DNA of 64,000 nucleotides from Callorhinchus milii (taxonomy: Eukaryota). Position 1 is the first letter of the stretch, and every line of letters begins with the position of its first letter. The stretch is from contig NW_024704742.1 of assembly GCF_018977255.1 (NCBI RefSeq), positions 89,778,001 to 89,842,000 of the forward strand, given 5' to 3'. Below are positions 51,183 to 63,790 of the stretch, one piece after another. The translations under genes were made by a program, and so were the position numbers. The notes below the pieces were generated by a model, which saw only the letters and a program-made list of their open reading frames with translations, ran no database searches and was not told the DNA's origin.

Positions 51183-52720
51183 GAATCATAGAATCATAGA
51201 ATCGTACAGCACAAAAGAGGCCATTCGGCCCATCGAGTCTGTGCCGGCTCTTTGAAAAGAGCAATGTAACGTCAATCCCACTCCCCAGCCCTTTCCCCAT
51301 AACCCTACAGTCCTGTCCTCCTCAAATACCCATCCACCGTGTTTTTAAAAGTTATTATCGAATCGGCCTCCACCACCCTTTCAGGCAATGTATTCCAGAT
51401 TCGAACAACTCGCTGCGTGAAGAAATTTCTTCTCACCTCCCCTCTGCTTCTTTTAGAGACTATTTTAAATCTGTGACCTTAAGTCACCGACACACCCACC
51501 AGTGGAAACAGTTTTTCCCTTTCTAACCTATCAAATCCCCTCATGATTTTGAAGACCTCTATTAGGTCTCCTCGTAACCTTCTCTGCTCCAATGAGAATA
51601 ATTCCATCCTCTCTAACCTTTCCTCATAATCAAGGTCCCTCATTCCTGGTACCATTCTTGTAAATCTCCTCTGCATCCTTTCCAATGCCTTAACATCCTT
51701 CCTATAGTGTGGTGCCCAGAACTGGGCGCAGTATTCTAACTGAGGCCTAACCAGTGTTTTATAGAGGTTAATCATAACCTCCTGACTCTTGTACTCTATG
51801 CCCCTATTTATAAAGCCTAGAATCCCATATGCCCTTTTTACAGTTTTATCTACCTGTCCTGCCACCTTCAAGGATTCAGTTACCTGCACCCCCAGGTCTC
51901 TCTGTTCTTTTACCCCCTTAAGATTGTATTACCAGCCTGTATTGCCCCCCTCATTCTTTCTACCAAAAATGCATTACCTCGCATTTCTCCACATTGAAAT
52001 TCATCTGCCATGTGTCTGCCCATTTTACCATTCTGTCTATGTCTTCCTGCAGTTGGCTATTATCCTTCTCACTGTTCACTACCCTACCTAACTTTGTGTC
52101 ATCCGCAATCTTGGAAATGGTACTTGCTATACCCAAGTCCAGATAATTTATGTATATTAAGAAGAGCAGTGGTCCTAATACCGATTCCTGAGGGAGGTCA
52201 CTGTACACTTGCCTCCAGTCAGAAAAGCAGCCGTTTACCACCACTTTCTGCTTTCTGTCTCCCAGCCAGTTCTGGATCCATGCTGCCACTGTCCCTTTTA
52301 TACCATGGGCTTCTATCTTTCTTACAAGTCTTTCATGTGGCACTTTGTCAAATGCCTTTTGAAAGTCCATATAAACTACATCAACTGCACTACCTTTATC
52401 CACCCTCTCCGTTACCTCATTGAAAAATTCTATTGGATTTGTTAGACAAGATTTGCCTTTAACAAATCCATACTGGCTGTCCCTAATTAACCCATATTTT
52501 TCTAAATGAAGATTTATTCTGTCCCGGATTATAGTCTCCAGGAATGTCCCCACTATTGATGTTAGGCTGACTGACCTGTAGTTCCCAGGTTTGTCCTTCT
52601 GTCTCTTTTTGTACAGGGGAGTAACATTGGCCACTCTCCAGTCCTCTGGCACCACCCCTGTATCCAACGAAGATTGAAAAATTGTAGTCAAAGCTTCCGC
52701 TTTTTGTACCCGTGCCTCCC
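51183..52720 (-). mobile_element. 5'-truncated CR1 LINE (RT domain and 3' UTR)
   Basis: VPEDWRVANVTP, NYRSVSLTS, YMDFQKAFDKVPH, PQESVLGP, IADDTKLG, LYKTLVRPQLEY, RLRGDLIEVFK; octamer tail (ATTCTATG)n. Confidence 0.95.
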
Positions 52721-53149
52721 AAGGGTAAAAGAATGGGTTAATGAATTGTCATCATGTTGAATCAAAGTACTATACAACAGTAACTTTGATATTTGTGACT
52801 CAAATCTGACATGCGCTTAAGATCAACCTTACAGAATATTTACGTTTTATTAAAATCAAGTAAACATAGCAAATAGATATCTGATGCAATAAATCGGGGT
52901 GGGGGTGGGGGGGGGCAGGTTCCCATGGAATAGTCCTGAGTTAGATTGAGGTTCAGCTAATATCCAGAGATGGATATCAATGTGCATTTACTTATACACA
53001 AAATCTGGATTTCTCTCCCTCCCATCTCCCATTCAGTTCTGCGGGGGGGATAATCCTCTCCCAAAGAGATCGCCTTATAATGTATTGCTTGCCCGGAATG
53101 CTGCCTGGCTTGCTTGCTTGCTGTAAAGCAGCTTTCACTTCTGCAGAGT

Positions 53150-53280
53150 GTCAGAGAGGTCACTTGGTTTGCAGCCTTGGATTGCAGCTCAATGACGTTA
53201 TGTGGGAGAGGAGGGGAGGAGGAGAGAAGAGGGAGAGGGAGTGGGTGATAAATACAGGCTGGCGCGTCACTCCCAGCACC
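53150..53280 (+). promoter_or_regulatory. PLIN2 proximal promoter
   Basis: TATA-like GATAAATA at 53247-53254, a GA-rich tract, CRE-like TGACGTTA at about 53193 and an AGGTCA half-site at about 53157, all just upstream of exon 1. Confidence 0.5.
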
Positions 53281-53339
53281 GACAGAGCAGAGTGAGAGCA
53301 ATTGACGAGCAAGCCTCAAACACAGCCCAGAGACAACAG
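53280..53339 (+). other. PLIN2: PLIN2 non-coding exon 1 (start approximate)
   Basis: Begins about 25-30 nt after the TATA-like GATAAATA and ends at a CAG|GTTAGT donor; the ATG lies in the next exon, as in other vertebrate PLIN2 genes. Confidence 0.6.
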
Positions 53340-53863
53340 GTTAGTGCTCAACGTGAAACCCATTTGTTTTGTTCCACCAGCTGCATCTGGTGTCCGGTGT
53401 GCGCAGCCAGGGAGAAAACTTGAAGCTGCTTTAATCCTCCGCTGAATTCAACCCGACATCTTCCAAATGCTTTTTGGGAGCGTTTCCTCACCAGCTTCTT
53501 AACAAAAGGCTTCCTTCCCCCCGTGCTGGACTGCGCTGTACTAGACTGGGAGCTGAGCACTGTAGCTCCTTTATGCACAGTTAAATTAACCTGTTTCAAC
53601 AGGGGAGGGGGGGGTTAACCAGGTAAGGATTAAAAAAATAATAAAAATTATTTTATTATTATAAAATAGGTAGAATTTTCCAGCCAAATGTAAAACATTG
53701 GCACAAGTTTTCTCCCCCCATCCCCATATCCTGGCTACTTCATATTGGGTGGAAGGAACAAGAGGGAGAATAAATGTGAAGAAATGTGTTCTCTTTTGTT
53801 TCAAAGTTTCTGTTCATGTAAAATCGTGGTTAACCTTTGTGTTCACAGCTCAGGATACAAGTC

Positions 53864-53893
53864 ATGGGCTCGAAGGCAGCAGAAATGCAGCAG
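53864..53893 (+). CDS. PLIN2: PLIN2 coding exon 1 ([10 protein letters not shown]); exon begins at 53849
   Basis: Acceptor ttcacag, Kozak-like gtcATGg, donor cag|gtaaac; 30 coding nt in phase with the next exon. Confidence 0.85.
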
Positions 53894-56800
53894 GTAAACT
53901 TTATGTAGTGTTGTTCCGACTTTAATCTCTCTGTATTTTTAAATATTTCGAAGTATTTTCATTTTAAAAGTATTTTTACTTCATTGACCCGTTGTGAAGT
54001 ATTTTATAATCTCACTTTTTTCTTTAGGGGTAGCTTTAGATTTGTGTTGCTTAAAGTGACTTAATAATAATAATAATCCTTGCATTTGATATAGCGCTTT
54101 TCACGTGTTCTAGACAAAGCGCTTCACAGAATATACTGTAAAGTGAATTGACTGTATATTTGTGGGCGAAATGCAGCAGCCAAATTGCGCACAGCAGTGT
54201 ACTACAAGCAGTCGTGGATTGAAATGATCAGTTTATTATTGGTTTATTTTCTTGAGGGATTATTATTTGGCGTGTGGAGTAAGGAAACTTGCCCAAGGTT
54301 TCGCCCTGCCTTTTGGAATGAATAATTGTATATATTCTGTACTGTCTGATTCCACTTGTGACCTTGGCTGAAATTTGTACATTCCTCAATGACGCCACCC
54401 GCTTGCCTCCTTGGTTGAAGACATTGACTTGTTCAGATATGGTTTTATGCTTGTAGACAAGGTACCCTAATACCTTGGCCAAGTAGCCATTCCTGTGAGA
54501 TGGGGTGCTTTCTCTGTGGAGAGTATCAGTCGGCTTTTTGACTGTACCCAGGGATGCAAAACCAAGTCTGATTTTGATGTCCACGTATGTGAAAACTTTA
54601 ATTGAAGTCGCTGTACAGTAATCCATTATTTCATGTTTTGTATGGAAAGATTGGTTATTCTTTATGAATAATAATTATTATCAGTATGATTGCACATATT
54701 TATTACTTTAATTATTATTATAATTATTACAGATTATTATAGTATTTATGCATTACTGACTTATTTTTGAACCTGTCGCAGAGTGTGGTTGGCAGAGTTG
54801 CTAACTTGCCACTTGTGAGTACCGCCTACAATATGGTAATCTCTGTGTACTGCAACACAAAGGAGAATCATCCCTACTTGAAATCGGTTTGTGAAGTTGC
54901 AGAGAAAGGAGTGACGGTCATTACGGCTGTAGCGGTCACCAGTGCCATGCCAATCATCCAGAAGCTGGAGCCACAAAGTAAGTGTGGGGAGCTGGGAATG
55001 TGACTACTGTAAAAAAGCTTTCCAACTTCTTGGGACGTACTCCCGACTTGAAAGCCGCTATACAAATGTAATTTTGTTGTTTTATTGTGTTCAAATTTAA
55101 ATCTAATTCTGTCCAATATAAACTTTTGAACCACAAGATCAGTATGATTGCACATAACAACATGGTAGTTTTTAATACTGCTGCATAGATCTATAATTGG
55201 ATGCTTCTCTGACTACTTCAAAATGATGGCCTACTGACGGTGAAAAACACTTGTGTTATAATTGTTCATTGTAAACCGGAAATGTACTGTAGCACTGTAT
55301 AAATCTTAAAGGTGTTAATGGTCTGTTAGCTTAGTTACAACATCTCATTTGCGTCACAGCAATATGTATACAACAACAACAACTTAAGTTTGCACAGAAT
55401 TACCAGAAAAATCTTCATTTTAAACCTGTTTTTCTACCTTTCATAAAACAAACCCTTACAAGTGGAGACAATTTTATACAATTCTGTGCCACCTTAAATT
55501 TTTAAGACCGCATAGTCTTGTGAGCTGTGTTGAAAATGTAATGGTGCTGAACAGTTGCCTAGTTCCAAGATGCAGAGTTGTGCATCCTCTTGCCTTTCAC
55601 CTAGTTCCAGCTATGCAACAGCTGTGTGGCATTGATAACCTATTCGTACACTCATAGCTGTCTCAACCATGTGCGCATTGAATTTTTGTAGCAGCTGCTT
55701 GACATTGGGTGCAACAGAAGGGTTTATCTTCCCTGGAGCTGATTTAGTATATTGATTCTATTTGTTACTGCAGGGCTTTGAAGTATCTGCAAACTCCTGA
55801 TTGGGGGAGAAGTGAGATTCCTGAACTATTAACCCTTGCCTAATAGCAAATCTACAGAAGCTTCTCCCTTCTCTGGGTTGGATTTGCATGTCGATCCTGA
55901 AACACTATTGTTAACTGAACTAAATCTTACCTTTTAACTCTCCATTTTACAAATAAACATTGTTTGCTGCATTTCAAAATTAGTTTTTTTTTCAACTCCT
56001 GTTGCTCCTATCACAACTTTTTGGAAGTGGGATTACAAAGTGTTTTTTTTAAATTGGATTAAAAACTTGTTTTACAAGTTCTAATGCCAATGGAAGCATG
56101 AAGTTTGACAGCACTGGCATAAGTGCAACAATTTCAATCTTTTGATGTGAAATCATATTAAATTACTATAATAATAGTAATCCTTGCATTTGATACAGTG
56201 CCTTATCATGTCTTTGAGATATCTCAAAGTGCTTCACAGAGTATACTGTATAGTGAATTGACTGTATATTTTTTGGGCGAAATGCAGCAGCCAATTGCAC
56301 ACAGCAGTGTCCCATAATTAGTTGTGGATTGAGTGAGCAAATTATTATTTTTTTAAAACATTTTTGGAAGGAATTATTACCCCCGAAAAAGTGATCCGCT
56401 AATCAACTAACAACCGAGTTCCTACTTACTGCTAAGTAAACAGAGGCCTGTGGAGTAAGGAAACTTGCCCAACGTTTCGCCCTGCCGGAAATCAAACCCA
56501 GGTCTCTTGCTTGTGAGGTGAATGCTCTAATCACTGAGCTACAGGACTCCATGTCCCAAAAGTACCAAAGGAACGTAGGAATGGGAGTAGCCAGTCAGCC
56601 TATCGAGCCTGTCCACCATTTCCCAAGATCATGGCCAATCTGCAATTCAATTCCACCTCTCTCCATACCCCTTAATATCCCTGCATATCAAGTATTTATT
56701 TGCCTTTTAAATCTTTCGATTGACTCTGGAGCAGTGAATTCCACACTCGCACCACCCGCTGCATGAAAATATATTCCCTTATTTCACTTTTAAACGGTTT

Positions 56801-58630
56801 AGCCTCAAGTTTAAGACTATAGCCTCTAGTCCTCAATTCTGTCTGCAGAGGAAATAGTTGCTCACTATTCAGCCTGTTAAATCCGTTTATAATTTTATAA
56901 ACCAAATTAGGTGTCACATTCTAAACAGCAATTTTAACATCTTAGTTTTGAGCCTAAGTGATGTACTACAGACAAACCTCTGTGCAAACTTAACAACCTA
57001 ATTCTTTTTGCAGTTACATTTGCCAATGATTATGCCTGCAAAGGACTAGACAGGATTGAAGAGACACTGCCTATTCTCCTTCAACCCACTGACAAGGTAT
57101 TGTAATTATACAATTCAAATAATTGTCTATCACTTTTACAGTGCTGTTTTGGGGCTTTTGAATCTTCCGTAGCCTATTTGTTTATTTGGAGATAAACAAA
57201 CCAGATTAATTTGGCCTCAATGAGGCTAGTGACATTGTATTAGCAAGGCAGTGTCCTTTTTATAATGTACATCTATTGCCACAAGGACAGAGTTGCTACA
57301 GATTGAATGTTTCAAAATAGAAAAATGTTATCAGAATTTAAAAACTATTGTAACGTCTGATCTTATGACCCAGGTCAAGCAGGATTTGACTGATCACTTT
57401 TTTTAAGTGGGTGGTGTGGAGTTGCATAGCACTATTGTGTGCCTGTTCCAATATTGTTTAGAGCAGTAAAATTAAAACTCGTATGGGGCTAAGGAGTAAA
57501 AACATTTCACAAAGAATTCCCGAATTTAAGAACCGGAAGGGTTAGTCAGCAGGGCACAGTACGAATCCTTGTATCTTTTCTGTACAGAATGAAATGGTGC
57601 AGTGGGTGAGATCTTGTGCAGCTCGACTGCAACCTATATTGGGCTGGGAGATTTTGGCCTGACGCCATTACTTGAATAACAACAAAATTACATTTGTATA
57701 GTGCCTTTCACGTCGGAAGAACGTCCCAAGGCTCTGGACAGTCAGTGTTTCCGACCCGAGCTGGGGTTTGGGATCAGGGAGGGTGGAGAGCAGGGGGGGA
57801 AAGCAGGGTGATTAAAAGCACGGTCGAGGAGGAGGGTCTTGAGATGGGTCTTGAAGGAGGCAAAGGAGGGGCCAAGGCGGAGGGACTGCAGGATGTAGTT
57901 CTAAAGGTTACAAATACAGTTGTGCTTCAACAACACCAGCTTCCGGTTTAGCCTCCTTCATCGTAAGTGGCACCATATACACGGAGAACTCATCTTAAGT
58001 GCTTAGAAAGTCAGTCCAAGGGCAGAGTGACCTTGCTGCAATATTTTTGAGGTTTTTGCCCATGGAGTGAAACAAGGTTGTGCATGTTTTTGCAGGTTGT
58101 TGCTGATGTAAAGGTTATGGTCAATATAAAAGTGATTGGTGCTAAGGATGCTGTAACTCATACTGTGAGTGGTGCAAAGGAGTCTGTTGCCAGCACTATT
58201 ACTGGAGTATTTGACCGGACCAAGGAAACTGTCCATGGAAGTGTGAAGATGACCAAGGCAATGGTGAATGGCAGTGTTAATACAGTCTTGGGATCGAGTG
58301 TGGCTAAAATGTTCAGTAACGGAATGGATTCTGCCTTGAGCACTTCAGAGGCCCTTTTAGATCACTATCTTCCTCTTACTGATGATGAACAAGGTGGGCC
58401 ATGTGTAATAGTAATTGCTTTTAAGATTGAGCATCCTGTCTGTCTGTCTCTGTCCCTGGAATTTTAAACTCACTACCTTGATCATGATGGTGGGATGGAT
58501 GGTCATTGATACGGTTTAACAATGCTCCATTTCCAGGCACTGAAGCTGCATAATTCAATCAAACGTCATATCTCTAAACAACAACACAACAATTTTCACT
58601 TAGAATGAAAGTCTTAAAGTACTTTGGGGG

Positions 58631-58668
<38 letters not shown>

Positions 58669-61600
58669 TATTAAGGGCCCAACTAGCAAGAATCATGGAT
58701 CTTGACTAAAATCATGGTTGAAATCCATGTTTTTGAAGGTGGGGAAACAAGGCAATTTTTTTTGTTTAGAATTCCAGAGGATGGATCTTTGTGGTTTTAA
58801 GGCTTTGCAACCAACATTGGGACTAAGAGAATGAGTATTAAATAATAGGCCAGAATCAGGAGTAGAAGGTACAGACAGATGAATGGGGTTGGATGAAAAT
58901 GCATGGATTGGGGGGAGATTGAAGGCATTTGTAAGTTAGAGTGAGAATTGTGAAGTAATTACGCTGTAGTATTGGGAACTAGTGAAGTCTGGTGAGGATG
59001 GAAGTAATGGATGTGAGAATTCTGCTTCTGGAGAGAAACACAGGCTGCAGAGTTTTGAATGCACCGGAGAGTGGAACTAAGGCTTGTGGGTAGAGCAGTC
59101 TGTACTTAATGTGACTTCAGACATGAATGAGCAAGTGATTTGGGGGGCAGGGAGGAGGCAGTCTACGCCATGGACCAGCTGTCCGTTTTCAAGTTATCAG
59201 AGAATCTGTGTGAGGTCAAACTTGATACCAAGATTGTGAACAAAATGTAGCTTGAGGGTTTTGTCTTCCAGAACAGCATCTGCTTTGTGTTTTATAGCAA
59301 CCTACTGTGCTATAAATAGCATATTCCTACTAAAGTGGAATATGCAGAGGTAACCCCTGCTACCCCTGGCCACAAGGAGCTGAGTATGTTGCGTCCTGTA
59401 ACAGGATAATAATATGCTGCGTCTTCTTTTCTGAACCGGGTTTGAAACTACCTGAGATAAGCGTATGTATATATGTGTGTGTCAATATATATATATATAT
59501 ATATCTCAACAAATAAATAAATATATATTTTGTAAAAAAAATGACTTTTTCCCTTGCATTAACATCTAAAACAAATTGAATAGTAATGGTGGTGAAGTTG
59601 TGTTGCCAGTTGAAGTCCGTACATATGTTTTTCTTTCTCGTCAACATTTCTTTCCTTAAAACAGAAAATGGAGGTGAGGAACTGGAAATGGGAGATGTAC
59701 TGAAGGTTTTGAGCCCAAGTTCTTTCAATTCCTCAACCTGGTTGTCTAAATATAGTACTTGCTTGATGGTTTACTTTTTTGTTGGATTACAGCTTGAGTG
59801 TGAGGCAGGGATGGGTACAAAGGAAGAGAAATATTGAATATTCTGTGCTAGAAGACTCCAGCTTGACTGTTCTTGTAAAATGCCATGCATATATCATGTC
59901 TGGGCTAGTTGCATTTGTTTTATCTGTAGCATTTCAAAATTGCCTGTAAGCCGTATTGAGTTATTATCCTACATGCAGCAAGTAGGTAAGCAATGAGCTC
60001 CCTGAAAGAATGTTACAAAACTTTAACATGTGAAAAGTTTATCTGGAACCTAATATATAAAACTACTCTTCTTACCTTGTCACATTAGCTTTTTAAAATC
60101 TAATTGATTCACTGATGGCCATGGCTGATGAAGTTAAGTCACATGCTTGTTCAAAACTCTGTGGGAGATCAGGTCCATCAAATTTGAGGGACCATCCATC
60201 TCCATTATTAACTGCCCAAAGAGCTACGAAAAAAAAACAAGTGGGTGATCCAGGCTTCTAACCCTCTCCTGTGTATATTGCCTCAACAACAAAAAAATAC
60301 ATTTATTAGCACCTTTTACATCAGGAGGACGTCCCAAGGTGCTGGACAATCAGGGATTTGGACCCAAACAGGGTGTTGGGATCCGGAGGGGTGGAAAACA
60401 GGGAGGGTAGGGGTAGGAGGGTGACCAAGGTGTGGTCGAAGAGGAGGGTCTTGAGACATGCCTTGAAGCAGGCAAGGGAGGAAGGAGAATGGAATGTGGG
60501 ATGGAGTTCCAAAGGGTGGGGGCAAAGAGGCTGAAGGCCTGACTACTGATGGTGGGGCGGGCCGGGTCAAACCTCTTTGAATTCCAAGGTTATTTTCCCC
60601 AATTTTACTTTTTTTAAAAAAAAAAGTTCCCTTGTTTATAGAATGCTACTGCTACAAATGTGAATTATTATGAATACATTCACACTCTTACAAGATAATA
60701 GAATGAAAATAGTTTTACTCAAGGAAACCAGTTGGCTCTGAAACCAACTTCCATCAACTGCCCAGTAGTTGACTTACTGAAGTGTATTTAACTTACAGCT
60801 AAAGAAGTCAAAGATATTGAAGGATTTGACATTGGGACTCCAAAACCAAGCTGTTTTGTCAGACTTGGATCCCTTTCTGTCAAAGTCCCTCAGCGAGCTT
60901 ATCAGCAAGCTTTGGCTAAAATACGCAATGCTAAACAACGTAGTCAGGAAGCAGTATCTCAGCTCCACTCTACGGTTGACCTGGTAAGTTTCCACCATTT
61001 AATGCAAATTATTTTTTTCTAAAACTATTGTGTACAGATTGTAGAATTTTTTTTACTTAAACTAAATTATTGTACTGAACTACTTGTTCTGATTCCATTT
61101 AATCCTACTAGCAATTCAATTTTCTGTCTTTAGATGGTGAGCTAATCAGGAAAAATGTATTGTATTGCTAGAAGCCTAGATTTGTAGTGGAGTATGTAAA
61201 TTCAGTGTATTTAATTTCATTATTTCTTAAATTTTCCTAGTTATACACTAGTAGATTGTTTGAGATCAGTCCTGCAAGCGCCCTGGTCAGGTAGTTTTGC
61301 CACTGCCAGTTTAATGTTGAATGTGCTGTTCCAGATCGAGAATGCCAAAGAAAATTTGGGCACAGCAAACCAAAAGATCTACAATACCCAGGAAGTACTT
61401 TACCAGAAATGGTGTGAATGGAGACGATATCTGGTTGAAAATGACCAGTCTCAAACAGCAGAGGTATGTGTTTTGAACTTTGAATCCACGTAAAGACAGG
61501 ACCGCTTCACAGGATAAATTATAAAGTTCAGTGACTGTGTTTTGTGGGTGAACACAACAGCCAATTTGCACAGAGCAATGTCCCACAAACAGCTATGAAG

Positions 61601-62538
61601 TAACCAACTTTTGGATGGGGTGAAGAGGGGGGAATTTTTGGCCCGGACACTGAGAGAAACTCCTTTCTCTTTTTGAGTAGTGCCATAGGGTCTTTAACAT
61701 CCACCTGAATGGGCAGTCAGTGCCTCAGTTTAATTAATTCAAAGGAATACACCTACAACAAAGCAGTATTGGAGTGTTGCCTTGACTGTCAATGCAAAGT
61801 CCTGACATTGGCTTGAACCCACAACCTGATTCAGACCAAGAACCTACCAACTGAGCCAGGCCGACTAATATATATCTTAGACAATGATCTGGGTGTTCTT
61901 TTCTGGGAATTTAAATTGGACGCAGATGATGGTCCACTTGGGAAGTCATAAAATTGTACAATTTTAGTCCCAAACTAAATTGGATGTTTTCTTCATAGCA
62001 AATTGAATCCCGTACACTTGCTATTGCTTGGAACCTGAGCCAACAGCTGCAGGCCACCTGCCTCACTCTTAAAAGCAGCATCCAAGATTTACCACAGAAT
62101 ATTCAAGTACAGGTCCAGAATATCAATATTTTGGCCAGGGATGTGTACGCTACATTCAAGTCACCTGCTTCCTTCAAAGAACTGACCGAGCAGATCCTCA
62201 CCACAAGCAAAGAGCAGCTAACCAAAATGAAGGAGACACTGGATGGAGTAATGGATTACTTGGTCAACAACACGGCCCTGAATTGGCTAGTAGGTCCCTT
62301 TTACCCACAACTGGGTGAATCCCAGCACCCTGAGCAGGGGGAAGAGCAGACAAAGTCCACAGAAGGGCAAACAAAGTCCACAGAAGAGGAGATGAAGGCT
62401 ACGGAAAGGGAGCCTGAGGCCATGGAAAGGAAGACTGAGGCTGTAGAAGGGGAGACTAAGTCCACGGAAGTAGAAGCTGAGGCCACAGAAGGGGACACGG
62501 ACGCCACTAAGGAAGAAAATGAAATTCATCAGTCTTAA
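53864..62538 (+). CDS. PLIN2: Perilipin-2 (adipophilin), spliced CDS join(53864..53893,54782..54977,57014..57096,58096..58393,60799..60983,61335..61463,61999..62538), 1461 nt, 486 aa
   Basis: All introns are GT..AG with consistent phases and there is no internal stop. PAT domain [16 protein letters not shown]...[13 protein letters not shown]...[25 protein letters not shown], 11-mer repeat region [40 protein letters not shown] and [22 protein letters not shown] are typical of PLIN2. Confidence 0.95.
54063..54310 (-). mobile_element. SINE in a PLIN2 intron
   Basis: Family match. Confidence 0.9.
54782..54977 (+). CDS. PLIN2: PLIN2 coding exon 2 (PAT domain)
   Basis: gtcgcag|agtgtg ... ccacaaa|gtaagt; encodes [12 protein letters not shown]...KLEPQ. 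Confidence 0.95.
56170..56551 (-). mobile_element. SINE (long subfamily) in a PLIN2 intron
   Basis: Full head, extra internal segment and tail. Confidence 0.9.
56565..56915 (-). mobile_element. CR1 3' remnant
   Basis: [29 protein letters not shown]. Confidence 0.75.
57014..57096 (+). CDS. PLIN2: PLIN2 coding exon 3
   Basis: ttttgcag|ttac ... gacaag|gtattg; encodes [28 protein letters not shown]. Confidence 0.95.
57676..57890 (-). mobile_element. L2 3' end in a PLIN2 intron
   Basis: Shared L2 tail ttcacgtcggaagaacgtcccaagg. Confidence 0.75.
58096..58393 (+). CDS. PLIN2: PLIN2 coding exon 4 (11-mer amphipathic repeats)
   Basis: tttgcag|gttgtt ... gaacaag|gtgggc; encodes VVADVK...[17 protein letters not shown]...[10 protein letters not shown]. 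Confidence 0.95.
58626..58667. repeat. Poly-G tract of about 40 nt
   Basis: Direct reading. Confidence 0.9.
60285..60570 (-). mobile_element. L2 3' end in a PLIN2 intron
   Basis: [12 protein letters not shown] and tail. Confidence 0.8.
60799..60983 (+). CDS. PLIN2: PLIN2 coding exon 5
   Basis: cttacag|ctaaag ... gacctg|gtaagt; encodes [38 protein letters not shown]. Confidence 0.95.
61335..61463 (+). CDS. PLIN2: PLIN2 coding exon 6
   Basis: gttccag|atcgag ... gcagag|gtatgt; encodes [15 protein letters not shown]...WCEWRR...QTAE. Confidence 0.92.
61999..62538 (+). CDS. PLIN2: PLIN2 last coding exon
   Basis: cttcatag|caaatt; encodes [21 protein letters not shown]...[21 protein letters not shown], then the acidic repeat tail and TAA. 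Confidence 0.95.
   Translation, partial: QIESRTLAIAWNLSQQLQATCLTLKSSIQDLPQNIQVQVQNINILARDVYATFKSPASFKELTEQILTTSKEQLTKMKETLDGVMDYLVNNTALNWLVGPFYPQLGESQHPEQGEEQTKSTEGQTKSTEEEMKATEREPEAMERKTEAVEGETKSTEVEAEATEGDTDATKEENEIHQS
62344..62511 (+). repeat. Coding 21-nt (7-aa) tandem repeat x8 in the PLIN2 C-terminus
   Basis: [56 protein letters not shown]. Confidence 0.9.
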
Positions 62539-62771
62539 GTTTGTGTGATGCCTGATTCTGTTTCATTTTATAACTGTTCACATCATTGCCTTTGCTCTTG
62601 TGTTTAATTTTTTTTACTTTGAAAGATGGGAAGAATGACCATTTAGATTGCTGTAATACAGGAATGGTATTACTCGGATTTGATTACTTTCACGGCTAAT
62701 TTAGTCCCAGTGTGGTATTCCTCTTGCTTTAGACTGCTTTTTAAGTTTGTATTTCATATTCATATGCACTT

Positions 62772-62777
62772 AATAAA
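62772..62777 (+). terminator. Candidate PLIN2 polyadenylation signal (second AATAAA at 62964-62969)
   Basis: AATAAA about 230 nt after the stop codon in an AU-rich 3' UTR. Confidence 0.5.
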
Positions 62778-63499
62778 TACTTCAAGAGCAATCTGACCAT
62801 GTGGATGTCTTGATGTTCAAAACTTCAATCTAACTCTTTTAAATGTTTCTTCTACAATCAGGTAATTTGCATTTAAGTAAAGAACTAGATTGTATTGAAG
62901 CATCTGAGGCCTGAAATTCTTCTTGGTCTCTAATATTTTCTAAATTAAAATTGCAAATGCACAAATAAAGGAAATGTCTTAACTTTGGGAGCTAGTTCTT
63001 TAAAGTACTACATAAACCTGTCCTGAATTAACACGAAATGAAAGAATTTTACAGAATTCTGCACAATCTTTGGTTAAACCACACACTAAAACTAAGTAGC
63101 TGTGAGCCTCTGGAGATGTGGCTACACTTGGAAAGAAATTTGCTACAATTTTGGTTCAACTGCTCTTTGACCATTTTACATCAAATGTTGGAGCATCCTA
63201 CACAACTTGAGAAAGAAACCAAGCTTTAATAAACTGATCCTGTTATGCACAACACCAGGATTATCAATATGATATGAGCTGTTGGATTTATATCACCAAC
63301 TTCACATGAATCTCACTCTGATCTCACTTTAGCTTGAGCATCTGTGAATGTCTGTGATAGATACTATGCACATTGCAGAGCAATGCTGCACTGAGCCCTG
63401 ACTGATCTTGTAAGTGAATCTACTCGATTAATTTCCATGATGCTTTCCTCCTGCCATCATGCTCACTTAGGTAGGTGGAATAAACCTCAGGTGGAGGGA

Positions 63500-63790
63500 T
63501 CAAGGTGTCCCCCACATTGGAGCTCTCTAGTTCTAATCCCATGTTGCTTCTCTTTCTACATGCCCTTTAACATCAGTTTTCCTCAACTTTTTGTCCCAAT
63601 ATTGTTTTAAAACCTGCTTCATACTCTGCGGAAGACACATCCGTAGTCAGTTATTCTACATTCTAATAACCCTCAAAGAAAATCTAACCTCTATTTTCCT
63701 TATGATTGTGGTCTTAATTTATATCCTGTTACACATTTGTTGATCAGTGGAAAGAGTAGAGTGGGAGTAAAGCTCTAGATAAAAAAATCA
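63500..63790 (-). mobile_element. CR1 3' remnant
   Basis: Degenerate L*PQS*GK..F.RVIRM.NN similar to the other CR1 3' ends. Confidence 0.45.

Noticed and set aside
51479..52691. Functional reverse transcriptase gene
   Set aside because: 5'-truncated, frameshifted CR1 copy.
53148..53162. PPAR response element (DR1) in the PLIN2 promoter
   Set aside because: Only one good AGGTCA half-site; the upstream half-site is poor.
58626..58667. Poly-G as a functional element
   Set aside because: It lies at the end of a degenerate L2 remnant, and homopolymer length may be an assembly artefact.
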